Of a DNA stretch of 64,000 bases, positions 25,923 to 42,049 are shown piece after piece. The DNA lies in the NCBI RefSeq assembly GCF_009914755.1, contig NC_060929.1. The stretch is one strand, 5' to 3'. The DNA is from the human T2T-CHM13v2.0 reference genome, Homo sapiens. The notes below the pieces were generated by a model, which saw only the letters and a list, made by a program, of their open reading frames with translations, did not search any database and was not told the origin of the DNA. Made by a program: the position numbers and the translations under genes. Every line of letters begins with the position of its first letter. Position 1 is the stretch's first letter.

Positions 25923-27689
25923 ACCTCTTTTTTTAATAAATTACCCAGTCTCAGATATTTCTTTATAGCACTGTGAGGATGGCCTAATACAGGTATGGAT
26001 CTCCTACCTTCTCAATTCAAGATTGAAAGTGTTTTTGAAAGCAGTTGTACATAGTAGGTATTTAAACATATATTGGTCATTAGTATGTCCTTGAGTAAAA
26101 GTAATGAGCAGCACATTTAGTCCTAAAATGGCCAATTCTCAAGGCTCTGTGCAAATGGAAATTTGTCCTCATAGCTTCCTGGTATGTATAGTTAAATATC
26201 TAGCAACCAGCTAACCTCTGCTGACTTTACATTGGAATTCCACTAGCCATTCAATTTATTTAACCAAGGATAATCTCATTAGGGGTTAAAACTTATCAGA
26301 ATCATGCTTAATAATCCTGGCATTGTTTTACATTAACTAGGCATTAGAGTTTAGCTCTTAGTCTAAAGAAGGGTGAGCCACATGTTGCAGGTGAAGTAAA
26401 AGGGAGAGAAGAATGATTTGGAACCCTTAATTTCAATAAGGTTATGGGGAGAGGTGCTGTGTGCTTATATTAATTTTGAATTATATCATGTGTCCATTAA
26501 GTTCAGAAACATTTCTAGGTAGATGTCTATTAAGTGAGAGCTGCCACTCAGACTACGTTATTCTTTTAGAAGAGTCCTTCTTCATCCCTTAATAGACTTA
26601 ATAACACAATTTGCCATATCCAATTTTCATAACATCAGAACTCATTTACAGATTAACTGCAATTCTTTGTGAAGTAAGGCATAAAGAGGAGGCTAAAATA
26701 ATTTAGCCCAGCAAATCCCTTTTTTATGATTAATGGGAATAGATCCTCAAGCCTTCTTAAGCAGAAAAGGCTCTTAGGAGAGAAATACCTGTGCCAATAA
26801 CACAGGCTCTATGTGCCTGTGCTTCTAAGTAGAAGTCGTCTGGGTTGCTTTCCTCCTTGGTCCACACAAATGTGAATGTTTCTCCAGGTTCTTCTGGAGA
26901 CATGATTCCAGTAGTCCTGATAGCTGTTTGGAGGTCTTCAACTGTTGTTAGGTAGAGTTGGCCAATTATCACACATGATTGAGTGTGTACTTTAAGGATA
27001 TTGTACTACCTCAAACTCATGACTACCAACTCCCACTGCATTTGTTGATGATTTTTTTTTTTACATGAGAAAGACTAACATGTTGGTCCACGGTCTCATG
27101 ACAAACAAGGGGCTTTGATGGTACTCTGACCAGATCAGTACTTAGAGTCTTCCAGACAAATGAAACCTTTGTGAAGAGAATTTTGCTAAATTTAACCACC
27201 ATCTATATATGTGCTAGGTCAAATAAGGAACAACTCATAATGGCTGACCTAAAGAAACTGAGGCACTGATTCTACCTGAGCCTAAATCCCAGAGTTAGGT
27301 GGCCAAATAGTGCCTCTTCCAGTGAAATGTTACTGCCGACATAAATATTTTCCCCTCTGTAAATTGTGATGTAGCGTTCTATATAGCAGATAGATTTCCA
27401 CACAGATAGATTTGACTGTTAGTGTTATAAACAAGAGAAGGAAGGAACAACAGAGAAAGAAGCAATAAAGAAGAAGGCAATCAGAAGAAGCAATTTCATC
27501 TTAAACTTAAACTACCATCCAGAGTAGTCTATGGTCTTGTATTTACTGGGAGCATGAAATAAGCTCATTCTGTCATATGCAGTTGATCATTTAGCACTGG
27601 GATGGAGCTGCTTTATTTCACACAGAAACAAAGGACTGGAAAACATTTTGCTCAACAGCAGGAGGCCTTTGCTGTTTCCACAGTGATAG

Positions 27690-27860
27690 ATTTCATTTAG
27701 ATAATTGAGCAGGTGGGATCTCAAGGGCTGAAAAGTGAAGTCTTAAATAAGTGAGGGAATCTGTCCAAGTTCACAGAATCTAAGAAGGGCAGAGGCAGGA
27801 TTTAAACCCCTGTGGGCTCAGATTCCACAAACCACGCTCTTAACCTCACTGGGCACTGCC
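27690..27860 (-). mobile_element. MIR SINE fragment
   Basis: gtccaagttcacag...ggcagaggcaggatttaaaccc...acgctcttaacc. Confidence 0.65.
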
Positions 27861-29250
27861 TTTGGGATACAATGATCTCTCAGAAGTATTTTTAAATTAT
27901 ACTGCAACCTTGTTAGCATTCCTGTTTCTCAGATTTTCCATATATGAAACAGTTAATGTGGGAAATAATAGTTTGTGGAATACAGACACCATAAACACAC
28001 TCTTCTTGTTTACCCACTTTTAAACAATTATAAAACCATGCTCATAGTTAGCAACAACCTGAGACGTTCTCTAGCCCCTCTCCCACCCAAGGAAAAGAAT
28101 TCCCTCTTCAACTGGAAGTTGCGACACCTACTTCTAGCCGTGGTGTGAACACATCAAATGCGGAGTAGGCACTACCCTGCCAAGTGTCCACTCACTGCAG
28201 AGAGCTCCAATTGCTAGAAAAACCCGGCCACCTTATAAGCTCATTTCACTGCTCCTAGTTTTGTCATTTGGAGTAAGGAAGAATCTCCTTCTCCTGCTTT
28301 CATATGACAGTCCATTAAAGAACAGACAGTCACCACGTTCCTCTGAGAATTTCTCTTCTACAGGAAACAACATGTAATTAGTTGTCACATTCTCTGGTTT
28401 CATCAGTCTGTTTCCTTGTCGCCCCCCAATGGACACCCAGTGAGTTGCCAATGTCTCTTGTCAAAGGTATTAAGACATCACAGAACTGGGTACAGGGCTC
28501 TTGATATATCCTGGCCTTAAGTCTCAGGTTCTCCAACAAAGCTGGCAGCCTGTGGTATGCCTTCTGGGGCCAGAGAGTGTGGCATGATCCGAGGTCCTGA
28601 GTCTCTCTCTCAATGAGCCCATCATATTGGCTTAACCAAAGCCAGTGGTCTTCAGGACACGGAAAAGGGAGTCCCTTAGGCTCCAGGTTTTTTTCCCTTC
28701 AGTTCACACTGGGAGAAGGGTCACAGAGCTCCAGTGAAATCTGGTCCTGTTAGATCATTTGTGGTTGGCTGCAGATGCACATGTGGGCATGTGATAGTTT
28801 TGATTTAGATAAAAAGCCCACAACTGAGTGGAGTGTTGAAACCTCAGGGTTATAGACTGGTGTATCTGTGAGAAAACCACAACAAGTATGGTATTTGAAG
28901 GACCCTAACATTTTCTTTTGCCAAGTTATTCATTCAGAGCCTAAAAGTTTTCAAAGTATTGTCCCCAACTGAAAGAAACCCTGTGATAACTTGAATTTAT
29001 TTGTATAGAAGTAACTCTACAGTCGATCAGACTAGATGTCAAATGACCATCTCTACTTAGGGTCTGAATTCCAAGGCATCAGAAAGTTTGCCCTTACCTA
29101 TAAGACCTTGCTCTTTTAGATTCCTGGGATGATATAAAGAATTCCTGATAATTGGAATAACTGGAATTCCTGATAATTGAGATTCATGATAGTTGGCTGA
29201 TTAAAAGGTTATCCTCAGAAGAGTATTTGAATTTAAGTGGGAGACCCTTA

Positions 29251-29616
<366 letters not shown>

Positions 29617-31119
29617 TCAACTAGAATGACTGAATCAGGCATGTGCATGGGATCCATTGCACCACATGGACCCTCGCCTGTTGTGTCTACCTGTAAGGTC
29701 AACTCTGCCTGTTTCTTATCCTCTTCCCCTCCTCACAGGGAATGATTCTACTTGGCCAAAGCAGGGACTCACCAAAGCTGTAGGTAAGATGAGGTGGTAG
29801 ACTTCTAAGCATTTTACATGTGTTTATGCAATCTTTCAAATAACACAAGTATCCACAAGGCAGCTGTGAAGTCACCTGACTGTTACACATGAGGAAAAGG
29901 GGTAGTTAAGTTTAGCATAGTGCCACACATATAGTAAATGCTCAACAAATATAGGTGTTACTGGTTTAGAATGATAATATTTTGGCATGACTTAAGCCAA
30001 AGTCCACCTCTAGATTATAGCAACAAAGGAAAGTTTTGTTTTGCATAAACACAGTTTCAACCGCTGGAAGGACTTTAGAAAAACAACTTGTAGGACATTG
30101 TGAAGCATCCTTTAGCTTTCAGCTCTCCTTGGGCAGGAAGCCCACAGACCAGTGAGTCTTTAGTTTTGCTCTCTAGGCTTGGCCCTTCTCTTCATTTCTG
30201 ATGCTTCGTCCATACACTGAGAAGGACCAATTTCCATATTCTTCCATCTAAATTCCAGAATGTGTTAATTTCATAGTGGGTATATGTAGCCAGTAGATCA
30301 AGTCTCCTAAGAGCTTACCATTATTTAGAGTTATTTTATACAAGGAATGAAATTCTCTTTATTCCACAAGTCTGGCCAGATGACCCCAGTCCCTTCTAAG
30401 GTAGTATGCTTTTATTCTCCCCAAACACCTGTTTGATTGAGATGTCAAATAGGAAAGGTAAGTTTCCTAAAAAAAAAAAGCTTCCAAATGAGTTCCCTGA
30501 GGTTCTAGGCTTGGGCCTTTTCTAACTAAAATTATGGGCCCAGGGTTTGTGTATCTATCTGTCTGGGGTCCTGAGGAGGAACCCAGTGGGGACAAAAATC
30601 CCCATGGCAACGTACTTCTAAAAAACACAGGAGCCTTACAGCAAGACCTAGCTCTGGTTCACTGTGAATTTGCTAATAATTAACTCTAGATCTCTGAGCA
30701 GGAACAGTCACATTAGTAGAAGGCAGGAATTCTATCTATACACACAAACTGCTGAGAATTATAGGTGGAGGCCTACTAGGAAATAGAGCAGGTTTCACCA
30801 GCCTTGACTAGGTGTCTTTGTCTGAGACCAGCCCATTGATTGCTTGTGGGGAGGGAGTCCGTAGGAGGGAGAGAGTCGTGATTGTATTCTGTGGCGTCTC
30901 TTTCTGTTCAGACTATGGGGAGCAAGATAAAAGTGTTCCCAACCATATTAGTGTTCTCTGATTCGTCGAATGTCGGGGTGGAACGGGACCTGAGAGACCA
31001 TGGACCTCAAAACACCCACTGAGCCTTGCTGGGCTCATCTATCTAGGAGACAGTCGCCATATATGGATCTACAGCCTTTAAGTGCACACTGGGCACGGGA
31101 TGTACCACATAGACCCTCG

Positions 31120-31375
31120 CCTATTGCACCACATTGAGGTGCACTGTCAGAGTGAAATACACACTGAGTATCAAAGACTTTGTATGAAAAAGGGAATGGA
31201 AAATATCTCACTAATAACTATATTATCACACATTGAAAGGACAATATTTGGGATATATTGAAACAAATAAGATCTATTAAAATGAATTGCACTGGTTTCT
31301 TTAAAAAATTTTTTTTTTGCTAGAAAATATAAAGTTACATTTGTAGCTTACATGCTATTTCTATTGGGTGTGCTG
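31120..31375 (+). mobile_element. MER33-like hAT DNA transposon fragment
   Basis: gtgaaatacacactgagtatcaaagactttgtatgaaaa...aatatttgggatatattg...tatttctattgggtgtgctg. Confidence 0.65.
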
Positions 31376-32133
31376 TTGTAACAAGTACACATTCCCTCTC
31401 CTCGAGGTTGTCCCTCAGCATGACGCTGACTGATGTTCATCAAGACTTACTGTCACACTGGCTAGTGCTGCCAAGCCATCTAGACTACAACTTATTCTAG
31501 ATTCACCCTGGAGAGATCTTAGAGGGCATATCTTCTTCACCCAGAGAAGGCATTTATGCCTTATTGAGGCCTCAGTTTACCCAGAGGAAACAGCTCTTCC
31601 CTATGACCCTGAGAGGTGCTGGTGCTACTCAAGGCACCTGTGTTCTGGTGCACCTGGCCCTTTAACTAAAAGATAATGGGGCAAAGGAGAGGGTGGGGAG
31701 CAAGTGTAAATACCTCATTGTGGAGCAGAGGCAGCTACCACCCCATCTGAGCTAGGGTGGCCCTGGCTAACTCATTTTGCTCCACCCTTGATTAAGCAGA
31801 TTTTTACAATGTTCTTGCTTAAAAATCTATTTGATTCACTGAAAAGTAGTTATAAGTGGTTACACTAGGAAGATGAATACTACTCTTCTGCACCCCGCTG
31901 TGTGATAAACCTGCCTGCCCTCAAGAAGCAGATCCTGGCTCTTGCTGGGTGGGGTTGGTGCCAGCCTACACTAGAGCACCCGCGGTGGCATGTGGCTAGG
32001 ATTATCAAAGGGAGATTGGAGGCAGCTGGTGTGTACCAGGAAGCGCACCAAACCAGCAAAGTTCTGGCCCCTCTATTCAGTAGCTGCAGGATCCTGGGCA
32101 AGCCGGTCTCCTGATCAGTAAAATGGGTATAAG

Positions 32134-32955
<822 letters not shown>

Positions 32956-33934
32956 TCAGCGGCAAAGTCAGCCCCATCAAAATCTCTCTGTGGACACAAA
33001 TTCTTCTGGTATCTCCCTCAACTGTTAACTGCATATCCCCAATCATTTTCCCTTGGCAGCTCAATTTAACTTTGGCCTATTGTGTCAGCAACCTTTTTTG
33101 TCAGGCAGGTGCTGTCTCCTTAATCTCCTGCTACTGCAGTCACCTGGGGCAGCCACCCAGCTCCGTCAGGAACTTGCTAGGAAGAAACTAGCCGTGCCTG
33201 GAAAGTCGGGCTTTTCGAGTTCAGCTCTTGCTAATTTCAGCAGCTTGCCTTCTGATATTTTATTCCTCTTTACCTGGAATTCATTTTGGGCCATCTGATT
33301 TGTTTAATCATCACATAAAAGATCAACATACCTTATTTATTTTTTAAAGGACTGATTCTAATCGGTGAGCAAACACTTTCACACTCGTCAGCTGCTCCTT
33401 GGGCAGCCTGGGATCAGCCCACGTTGCACATTCTCTAAGAAGCTTTGTCTCCAAAGCTTAGCGTGAAGGCTCTGCTTCAGCCCACTGAGTGAGCGACAGA
33501 CATGGAGAAGTTTGCTTTTGTGAGCTCATCAGGACAAGACCTTCATTGGTTCCCCTTTAAAAGAAATGGCAGTTGTTTTTCCCTGGTTGGGGCGACTTGC
33601 ATGGTTCTGTGTACACAGCTTGGAGAACGGGAAAGAAAAATCAGAACCCACAGTATCTACTCCTTGCACCTTTTAGCTAGGAGTATTATTCAAAATATTT
33701 ACCTGGTATGGCTTAAGCCCTGACCAACCAAAAAAGATAGAAGATGTAAATTACTGGCGAGGCCACACTAATACAAACCGGTGGAATCTCAATGCCGTCC
33801 ACTGTCCTGGGAGCTTTTTATTTATACCCAGCATAATGTAACGTTTACTGAGAGCTTTCTGAATGTCAGACACTGTTTTAAATGCTTTCCAGGAGTTAAC
33901 TCATTTACTTACTGTTGAAAACTTTATTAGGTAA

Positions 33935-35215
<1,281 letters not shown>

Positions 35216-35359
35216 GGGGGACAATATAATTATCCCATTTTACATGTGGAAACCAAGGCACAAAGAGATTAAGTTCTTCCCCAATGCCCCACAGCGAACA
35301 CTTAGCAGGCAGTTTGCTCCAGAATGTGCCCTCTTAACTACAGTACTAAAAATAATTCT

Positions 35360-35664
35360 GGCTGGGCATGGTGGCTCACACCTGTAATCCCAGCACTTCG
35401 GAAGGCTGATGCGAGTGGATCGCTTGAGGTCAGGAGTTCAAGACCAGCCTGGCCAACGTGGCAAAACCCTGTCTCTACTAAAAATACAAAAATTAGCTGG
35501 GCATAGTGGCAGGTGCCTGTAATCCTAGCTACTCGGAAGTCTGAGGCAGGAGAATCGCTAGAACTGGGGAGATGGAGGTTGCAGTGAGCCGAGATTGTGA
35601 GATTGTGCCACTGCACTCCAGCATGGGTGACAGACTGAGACTTTGCCTCAGGAAAAAAAAAAAA
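35360..35664 (+). mobile_element. AluS (Sx/Sz-like)
   Basis: Full-length Alu with a small internal duplication gagattgt-gagattgt near 35591. Confidence 0.96.
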
Positions 35665-35956
35665 GTTCTGCTTTGGCCTAAACAATCAGTTGCTTTTTCG
35701 TTGAAACAATTTTTAATTTCAACATAATCCTATCATAATCAGAAAAGAATAAGTGTACACTTTAGGGGTGAATGATCTTTCCCTACTGAGCCCATCTTAT
35801 TCTGCTGCACTGTGCTAGAGCATCTTGACCACTGTGTATCTACTTATAACCAAAGACAAATCTTCTTTCCAACAGAGGCTCTGGGGAAGAGCCACACAGA
35901 CAGGTCCTTGAACCTGGTGATGAGCAAATACTATAAGGAAGCTGGTAGGGTTATAG

Positions 35957-36387
<431 letters not shown>

Positions 36388-36574
36388 CAGATGTGTTATT
36401 TTCAAGAAACCTCTCTCCCCAGCCTGCCTTCCCCTTGAACAGGAAGTCTGAGGTGGCCAGGTGTGCAGGGAGAAAGGGACTTCTGAGGAACATCATTTCT
36501 AGCCTATTTTATTATAACAGCGTCCTAAGTGTTCTCCATGTCATCTGTCTTGTCCCCTCCAAACTGCTCTGCAG

Positions 36575-37250
36575 ATTTCAGCCAGAACTTTCCTTCTGCT
36601 AATGCAGATCTAATCATACATCTCTCCTGCCAACAGACCTTCCATAGTTCTTCTTAGCCTCAGCCTTGTTACCTGGCCTCAAAGACCATCTTTAGAAATT
36701 CTGTTCTGGTTAGCACTCAAATAACAGACACCCGAAGAAAACAGATTCTTGTGAGACACAGACACTGTATCTTTCATATAGAAAGGTTTGGATACAGAGA
36801 TTTGGCTCTGCCCCCCACCACGGGTCTCACTTCTCCCTAGGCTGCACCCTTACGATTTCAGCTACTTGAATCCCAGTTTTCCAGTGACCACCAGGCTTCC
36901 TCAGTGCCTTTGCTCTTGCAGTGGGCTTCTTCTGCCAGGAACATGCTACCCAGAACTCTTCTCCTTCCATCTCTACCTTCAAGTTCAGGAATCAAGTCCA
37001 GAGGAATTCTTTCTAGATCCGCCCAGTTGGGTTCCAGGCCCTCTCATGCAGGCCGTGGTCCAAGTGTCCCTCAGGACCATGGACTTCATCACGCTTGACA
37101 TGACCATCATTGGTCCATGTGCCTGTCGTGTCCACATACTTCTTGGGGACAAGGGGTATGTTTCATTCATCTTTGTATTGCCAAGACCTACTCTGTTACA
37201 TAATTGGTGCTCAATTCCAATGTTGAGAGAATATATGAGTGAACGAATGA
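36575..37250 (+). mobile_element. L2 LINE 3' region, interrupted at about 36695-36798
   Basis: aatgcagatctaatcat, ctcagtgcctttgctcttgc, and 3' end tggtgctcaattccaatgttgagagaatatatgagtgaa. Confidence 0.7.
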
Positions 37251-37813
37251 CACATAGTTCAACATTACAAACAATTAGGGCAGAGCTCTATGCTCTGTCA
37301 TGAGCATCTGTTCTTTAATGTCCCTGGAAATTCAGGGCTCCTTGTGAATGAGCTAGTGCCATCCTCAGCTCTGTGCCCTCCTCTCTCCCCCACCTCTTAA
37401 TTCTCTAAGGACTCCAGCATATTTAAATGTGCTCCAATGTCTATGGCTGAAAAGTACCCACCAGTGTGGGTAGAAAGAAAGCGTGTAGGGTAAGATAAAA
37501 GGAGCTAAGCCTAAAAAGGGTTCTGGAAAGTCAGGGAGAAAAAGTGTGAATGGGAGGATTTGGGAGGTGTGAGAGTCACATTCCCAGACAGAGGAACACA
37601 GTCCAGAGCTTTCTCTTCTCTTTCTCTCCACTACTACCAAATGCTGGATGTTGCCCTGAATATTCAGGACCAGTCCCTTCCATGTAGCACAAATGAACAA
37701 GAAAATAAGATGGGAATTCTGTTTTGGTTAGCTGCCAAATAGCAGATGCCCCAAGAAAACAGATTCTTGTGAGACACAGATGCTGTATCTTTCACATAGA
37801 AAGTTTTGGATAC
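36697..37813 (+). repeat. 99-bp dispersed direct repeat (36697-36795 and 37715-37813)
   Basis: 87/99 identical with no gaps. Shared core aagaaaacagattcttgtgagacacaga. Confidence 0.95.
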
Positions 37814-39552
37814 GGAAAGCTTAATGGTAGGAATTCTGCTTTTATTTGGGGTCCTCTGTGTGGAAGAACTGCCCTGAAGACATCCAGGTACAGCAGAAGC
37901 AGCCAGATGCTGCTGCATTAGGAAAGGCCAGCTGTCCCCAAGACTGATGCTGTGCTGAGATCTGAGTGTGGTTTTTTCCTGCTTGCATTTGCAGTTACAT
38001 GGAACTCGCTGGGCCACTTCTTGTGGTTTGAAGAGTCTGAGCCTGGCACATTAGGAGCAACAGAGTCACCATGGGGCCCTTCTCCCTGTGGACATATCCT
38101 TCTTCTTCAGAGATGCCATTTAGGAGACTTCGAAGTGGCAAGGCAGCTATTCCTTGCCCAACCACTGCCCCCATCTCTACCATCTGTGTCTGTGTATAGT
38201 GACCCTCAACTCCCGTAGTTATGCAACAGCAGTGGGGACAAGGAGCAAAATATATGTCTCTAGATAAGCCCCACACTGAAAAATAGCCTTTGAGCAAAGC
38301 AGCCCCCAAGTTCTTTCCCTTAGGTAAGAAATTCTCAAGAGCTCTCTACCCTTGTACTGACTGTGTAACTCATGTGAGCACAAACACGGGTAAGATATGA
38401 ACAGATCCAAAGCAAAGCACTCTATCATCTTACTGGGTTCATTCTCTGTCTTCATTTCATCCAGAGAAAGTAAAATGGACACCATGCCTTGGGAGGACTT
38501 GATTTTAAGCAGTGATGTTGCACCAAGACACAGGTCTGGCTGATAAGCTCTCTTGCTTGGAGGGCACCACTGAGCTAGGAAATTCTGACTGGCAGGTTCC
38601 TATTGGTCCTGCAATCTTTAGGTGAATTGTCAGACCCTCTGAGAGCTACCCCCTACCACCCAGATTGCTGTACCCCTTAGGCTGGGTTCTCACATCAGTG
38701 CATGGGAGCTACTGCTATTGTTGCACAGATGTTCTCTCCGAACATCTGGAGGGCACAGCTGCCGCATCATCCTCTCACAGCTATTTCTTAGCACCCAAAT
38801 CACCCTGCTTGCTCTTCTTGTCCCATAGAGGTCATATGGGCTAATTCTGATGCCTTGTGATTGGGTTGAAAGACGAGTGCATGGAGAGCTGGATTCTTAC
38901 TCTGAGGCAAGAATGCCTTTTTTTAAACTGGCATGTTAGATTGGCATGCATCTCCTTTGGTTTTTCTGCTTCCCTGCAGCACGGCTCTGGTTCTGTCCAC
39001 GGAGCATCTCCCAAGCCAGGCAGAGATGGTGGCAAAGTGGTGAATTCCTGGCTCAGGAGGTGTGTGTCAGGCAAGCTTGATGCTGCCCCGTGGCATGGAG
39101 GGTTCAAATAAGCAACCAGCTCACAACTGCCCGAGATGACTGGCTCAGGGGCTGCTAGGCCATTTGTCTTCTGGTGTCTGGGAGAACTTGCTTTTTTAGA
39201 AGAGACTTTGAAGGTTTCATTGGTGTAATAAATATTTATTAGATGCCTACAAAGTGCTGGGCTCTCAGGATGAAGCTGACATGGTTCCTGCCCTCATGAC
39301 CTCATGACACTCTGTCTATAAAATCAGGAAAGGCCTGGTGCAGGTCAGTGAGGGGCTGCCTCTCTCACTGAGCGTTGGTTACAAGGCCCTGCCTTACCCC
39401 AGGTTAGGCCTCTGTGCCTATCTCTCTAGCTTGTTTTTCCACTTCTCCAAAACCTTCCTGCTCTTGCTTCTATCTTGTCCTGTGTTCCTTGCAGTTTTCC
39501 CTTCATCCACCCTTTCCATTGCTTCTGCCTTCTATCTTGCTGGAAAGTCTGC

Positions 39553-40105
39553 CCAAATGGATAAACAGACTACAGTACATCCATACAATGGAGTATCACT
39601 CAGTGCTAAAACGGAGAGAAGCTACCAAGCCCTGGAAAAACATGGAGGAAGCTTAAAAGCATATTGCTAAGTGAAAGAAGCAGTCAGAAAAGACTACATT
39701 CTGCATGATTCTGACTACATGACATTTCAGAAAAGACACAAGTATAGAGACAGTAAAAAGATCAGCAGTTGTCAGAGATTTGCAGGAAGGAAGGGAGGGT
39801 GATTTTTAGGGAAGTGAAACTATTCTGTATGATACTGTAATGATAGATACAGGTCATTATACATTTGTTAAAACTCATAGAACCATACGACCCAAAAAGT
39901 AAACCCTAATGTAAACTCTGGACTTGTTAGTTAATAATGATATATCAACATCGGTTCATCATGATAAACATACCACACGAACATAAGATGTTATTAATAG
40001 AAGAAACTCTGTGGGGGAAAACGGGTATGTGGGAACTGTCTGTACTTTCTGTTCAATTTTTCTGTAAGCCTAAGACTGCTGCAAAAAATGAAGTTTGTTA
40101 AAAAA
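39553..40105 (+). mobile_element. L1MC-like 3' end
   Basis: aaatggataaacagactacagtacatccatacaatggag...aaaccctaatgtaaactctggact...tttttctgtaagcctaagactgct. Confidence 0.88.
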
Positions 40106-41053
40106 ATCATCTCAACTCACCCTGATGTCACCCTGGCACAGGCTGTGGCAGCTCTTCAGAGTTCCCTGTCTGGCCTCTCTCTGCCTTCCAGTGCGATCTA
40201 GAGATGTTCTCAGCTCCATGCCAAAGCAGCCTCCTTGTCTCCCAGTTCACTCCAAGGACTGGTCTGTCATGTGACCGGGCCAGCGTGTTATTGAGCCGCC
40301 CTCCTGATCTTCGATCCCATGCCTGAACAACACTGTCTCCCTGGAATTCCTACGGTCTCAAATGAGCCTCGGTGTTGGCCTTTTAAGTTAATACGCTGTC
40401 TCCATGCTCATCTCTTATTCAACATGGCCCTGCCCATAAGACCATTTTTACCACCACTGATGCCCCAAACACACCCCACCCCTGCCATTCCCAATCACAG
40501 ATGAGAAAGATTGAAAGGAGAGAATCAGAACTGACAGCAAAAAGAGGAAGGGGACCTGAGTATCTCACCTGTCGCCTTTGGGCAGCTGGACACCTCACCC
40601 ACGCTTCAGGCTGGAGCCTTCCTCATCTTTATTAGGTGTCTTAGAGGCAAGTGCCGGAGGTAACATCCTCCTCTGCATTTCCTACACTGACAAGGAGAAT
40701 GCTGTGGCTCTACGCAGTCATCCTTTTACAACCTGGTGAAAGGTACAGCCTACTGTTAATAATTGATCTGCATATTAAAGTACAGAGTATTTTTGTAGGC
40801 AAGGCAATTCCTTGCTGGAAAATGCAAGGATACATTTTGTTTCAGTTGGTTCCAGGGGCTGGAGCTTCGGGTCAGGTGACAACTTGCTCACATGTGTCTA
40901 TTGGGTTTGGCTGGGAGTAGAAGGGACAGAGAGAGGGCCTCAGTCTTTAACAGGCTCTAAGCAAAAAAATGAAAACGATTTTGAATAAAAATATGAATTC
41001 TCAAGTTTCCAGGCAAAGCAGTCCATCAACTCTTATGAAATATCGGCTCTCCC

Positions 41054-41080
41054 TAAATAAAATAAAATAAAATAAAATAA
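41054..41080. repeat. (TAAAA)n pentanucleotide repeat
   Basis: About five TAAAA units. Confidence 0.85.
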
Positions 41081-41721
41081 AGAGAAATATTGGCAATGAT
41101 AAAGGCCAGGAGAATGGTTCATTCTGAAACTGTGTTTAGCAGTCCTGTACTAAACCTGCACTCCATGAAAGGCCAAGCTGGCAAGTTTGGACTCAATCCT
41201 ATAGGCTGTGAAAAGGCAGGGAGGTGACACTAGGCTTTCCAGGCAAGGAGGTGACAAATGTATATGGTAAGGTAAAAGGACAGGGAGTGAAGAGGGGAAA
41301 TAACACAAAGAAAAAGCAAAGGGAATAAAAAATAGTCCTATTTTATGAAAGGTTCTCATGCATGCACTGTCAGCCTGCTCAGAATCTGGCATCAATAGAG
41401 AAGGGTGTGTTTTGGGATCCATAAGGCCAACTAAGACTCTTAAAGGAATTCTCCAAAGCCTGACTCCATCAGCCAGGGGATTAGGAGGAAAACAAACATA
41501 GGGCAGGGGACAGGTTTGGACCTTCAATGAGCACAAGCAGGACAAGAAAGTTAGCTAGTAGGAACTGCCTCCTTGGGAAGATTGCTCCTGCAGGAATCCC
41601 CCTCCTCTGTCTCCCAGGCTGCTACATGAACATTGCCATGGGCAGGACACTCCAGTGTGTTTGCAAACTGGGCTAGGTGAAGGCTAATCAAGACCTTCCC
41701 CGAAGGAATCGTTCTCAGGAG

Positions 41722-42049
41722 TGTCTTAATCAGTTCAGGCTGCTATAATAAAGTGCTTTAGACGGAGTGGCTTATAAACCACATAACTTAATTTCTCACA
41801 GTTCTGGAGGCTGGAAGTCTGAGATCAGGTTGCCAGCATGGTCAGGTTCTGGTTAGGGCTCTTTTCTGGACTGCACACTGCTGACTTCCTGTTGTAACCT
41901 CACATGGTGGAAAAAGGTGAGAGAGCTCTCTGGGACCCTTTTGTAAGCGCACTAATCTCATTCATGAAGCCTCCCAAAGGCTCCATTATATTGGGGGTTA
42001 GGATTTCAACATATGAATTTTGAGGGGAACACAATATTCAGTCATTTCA
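41722..42049 (-). mobile_element. MLT1A-like MaLR LTR
   Basis: tgtcttaatcagttcaggctgctataa...ctcacagttctggaggctggaagtctgagatcagg...gatttcaacatatgaattttgagggg. Confidence 0.88.

Larger units (their letters stand above)
24708..25991 (+). mobile_element. MST MaLR solo LTR carrying two nested insertions
   Basis: tgatatagtttggatgtgtgtcccc...ggcctaataca with a 5-bp TSD GGTAT at 24703-24707 and 25992-25996. Confidence 0.92.
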
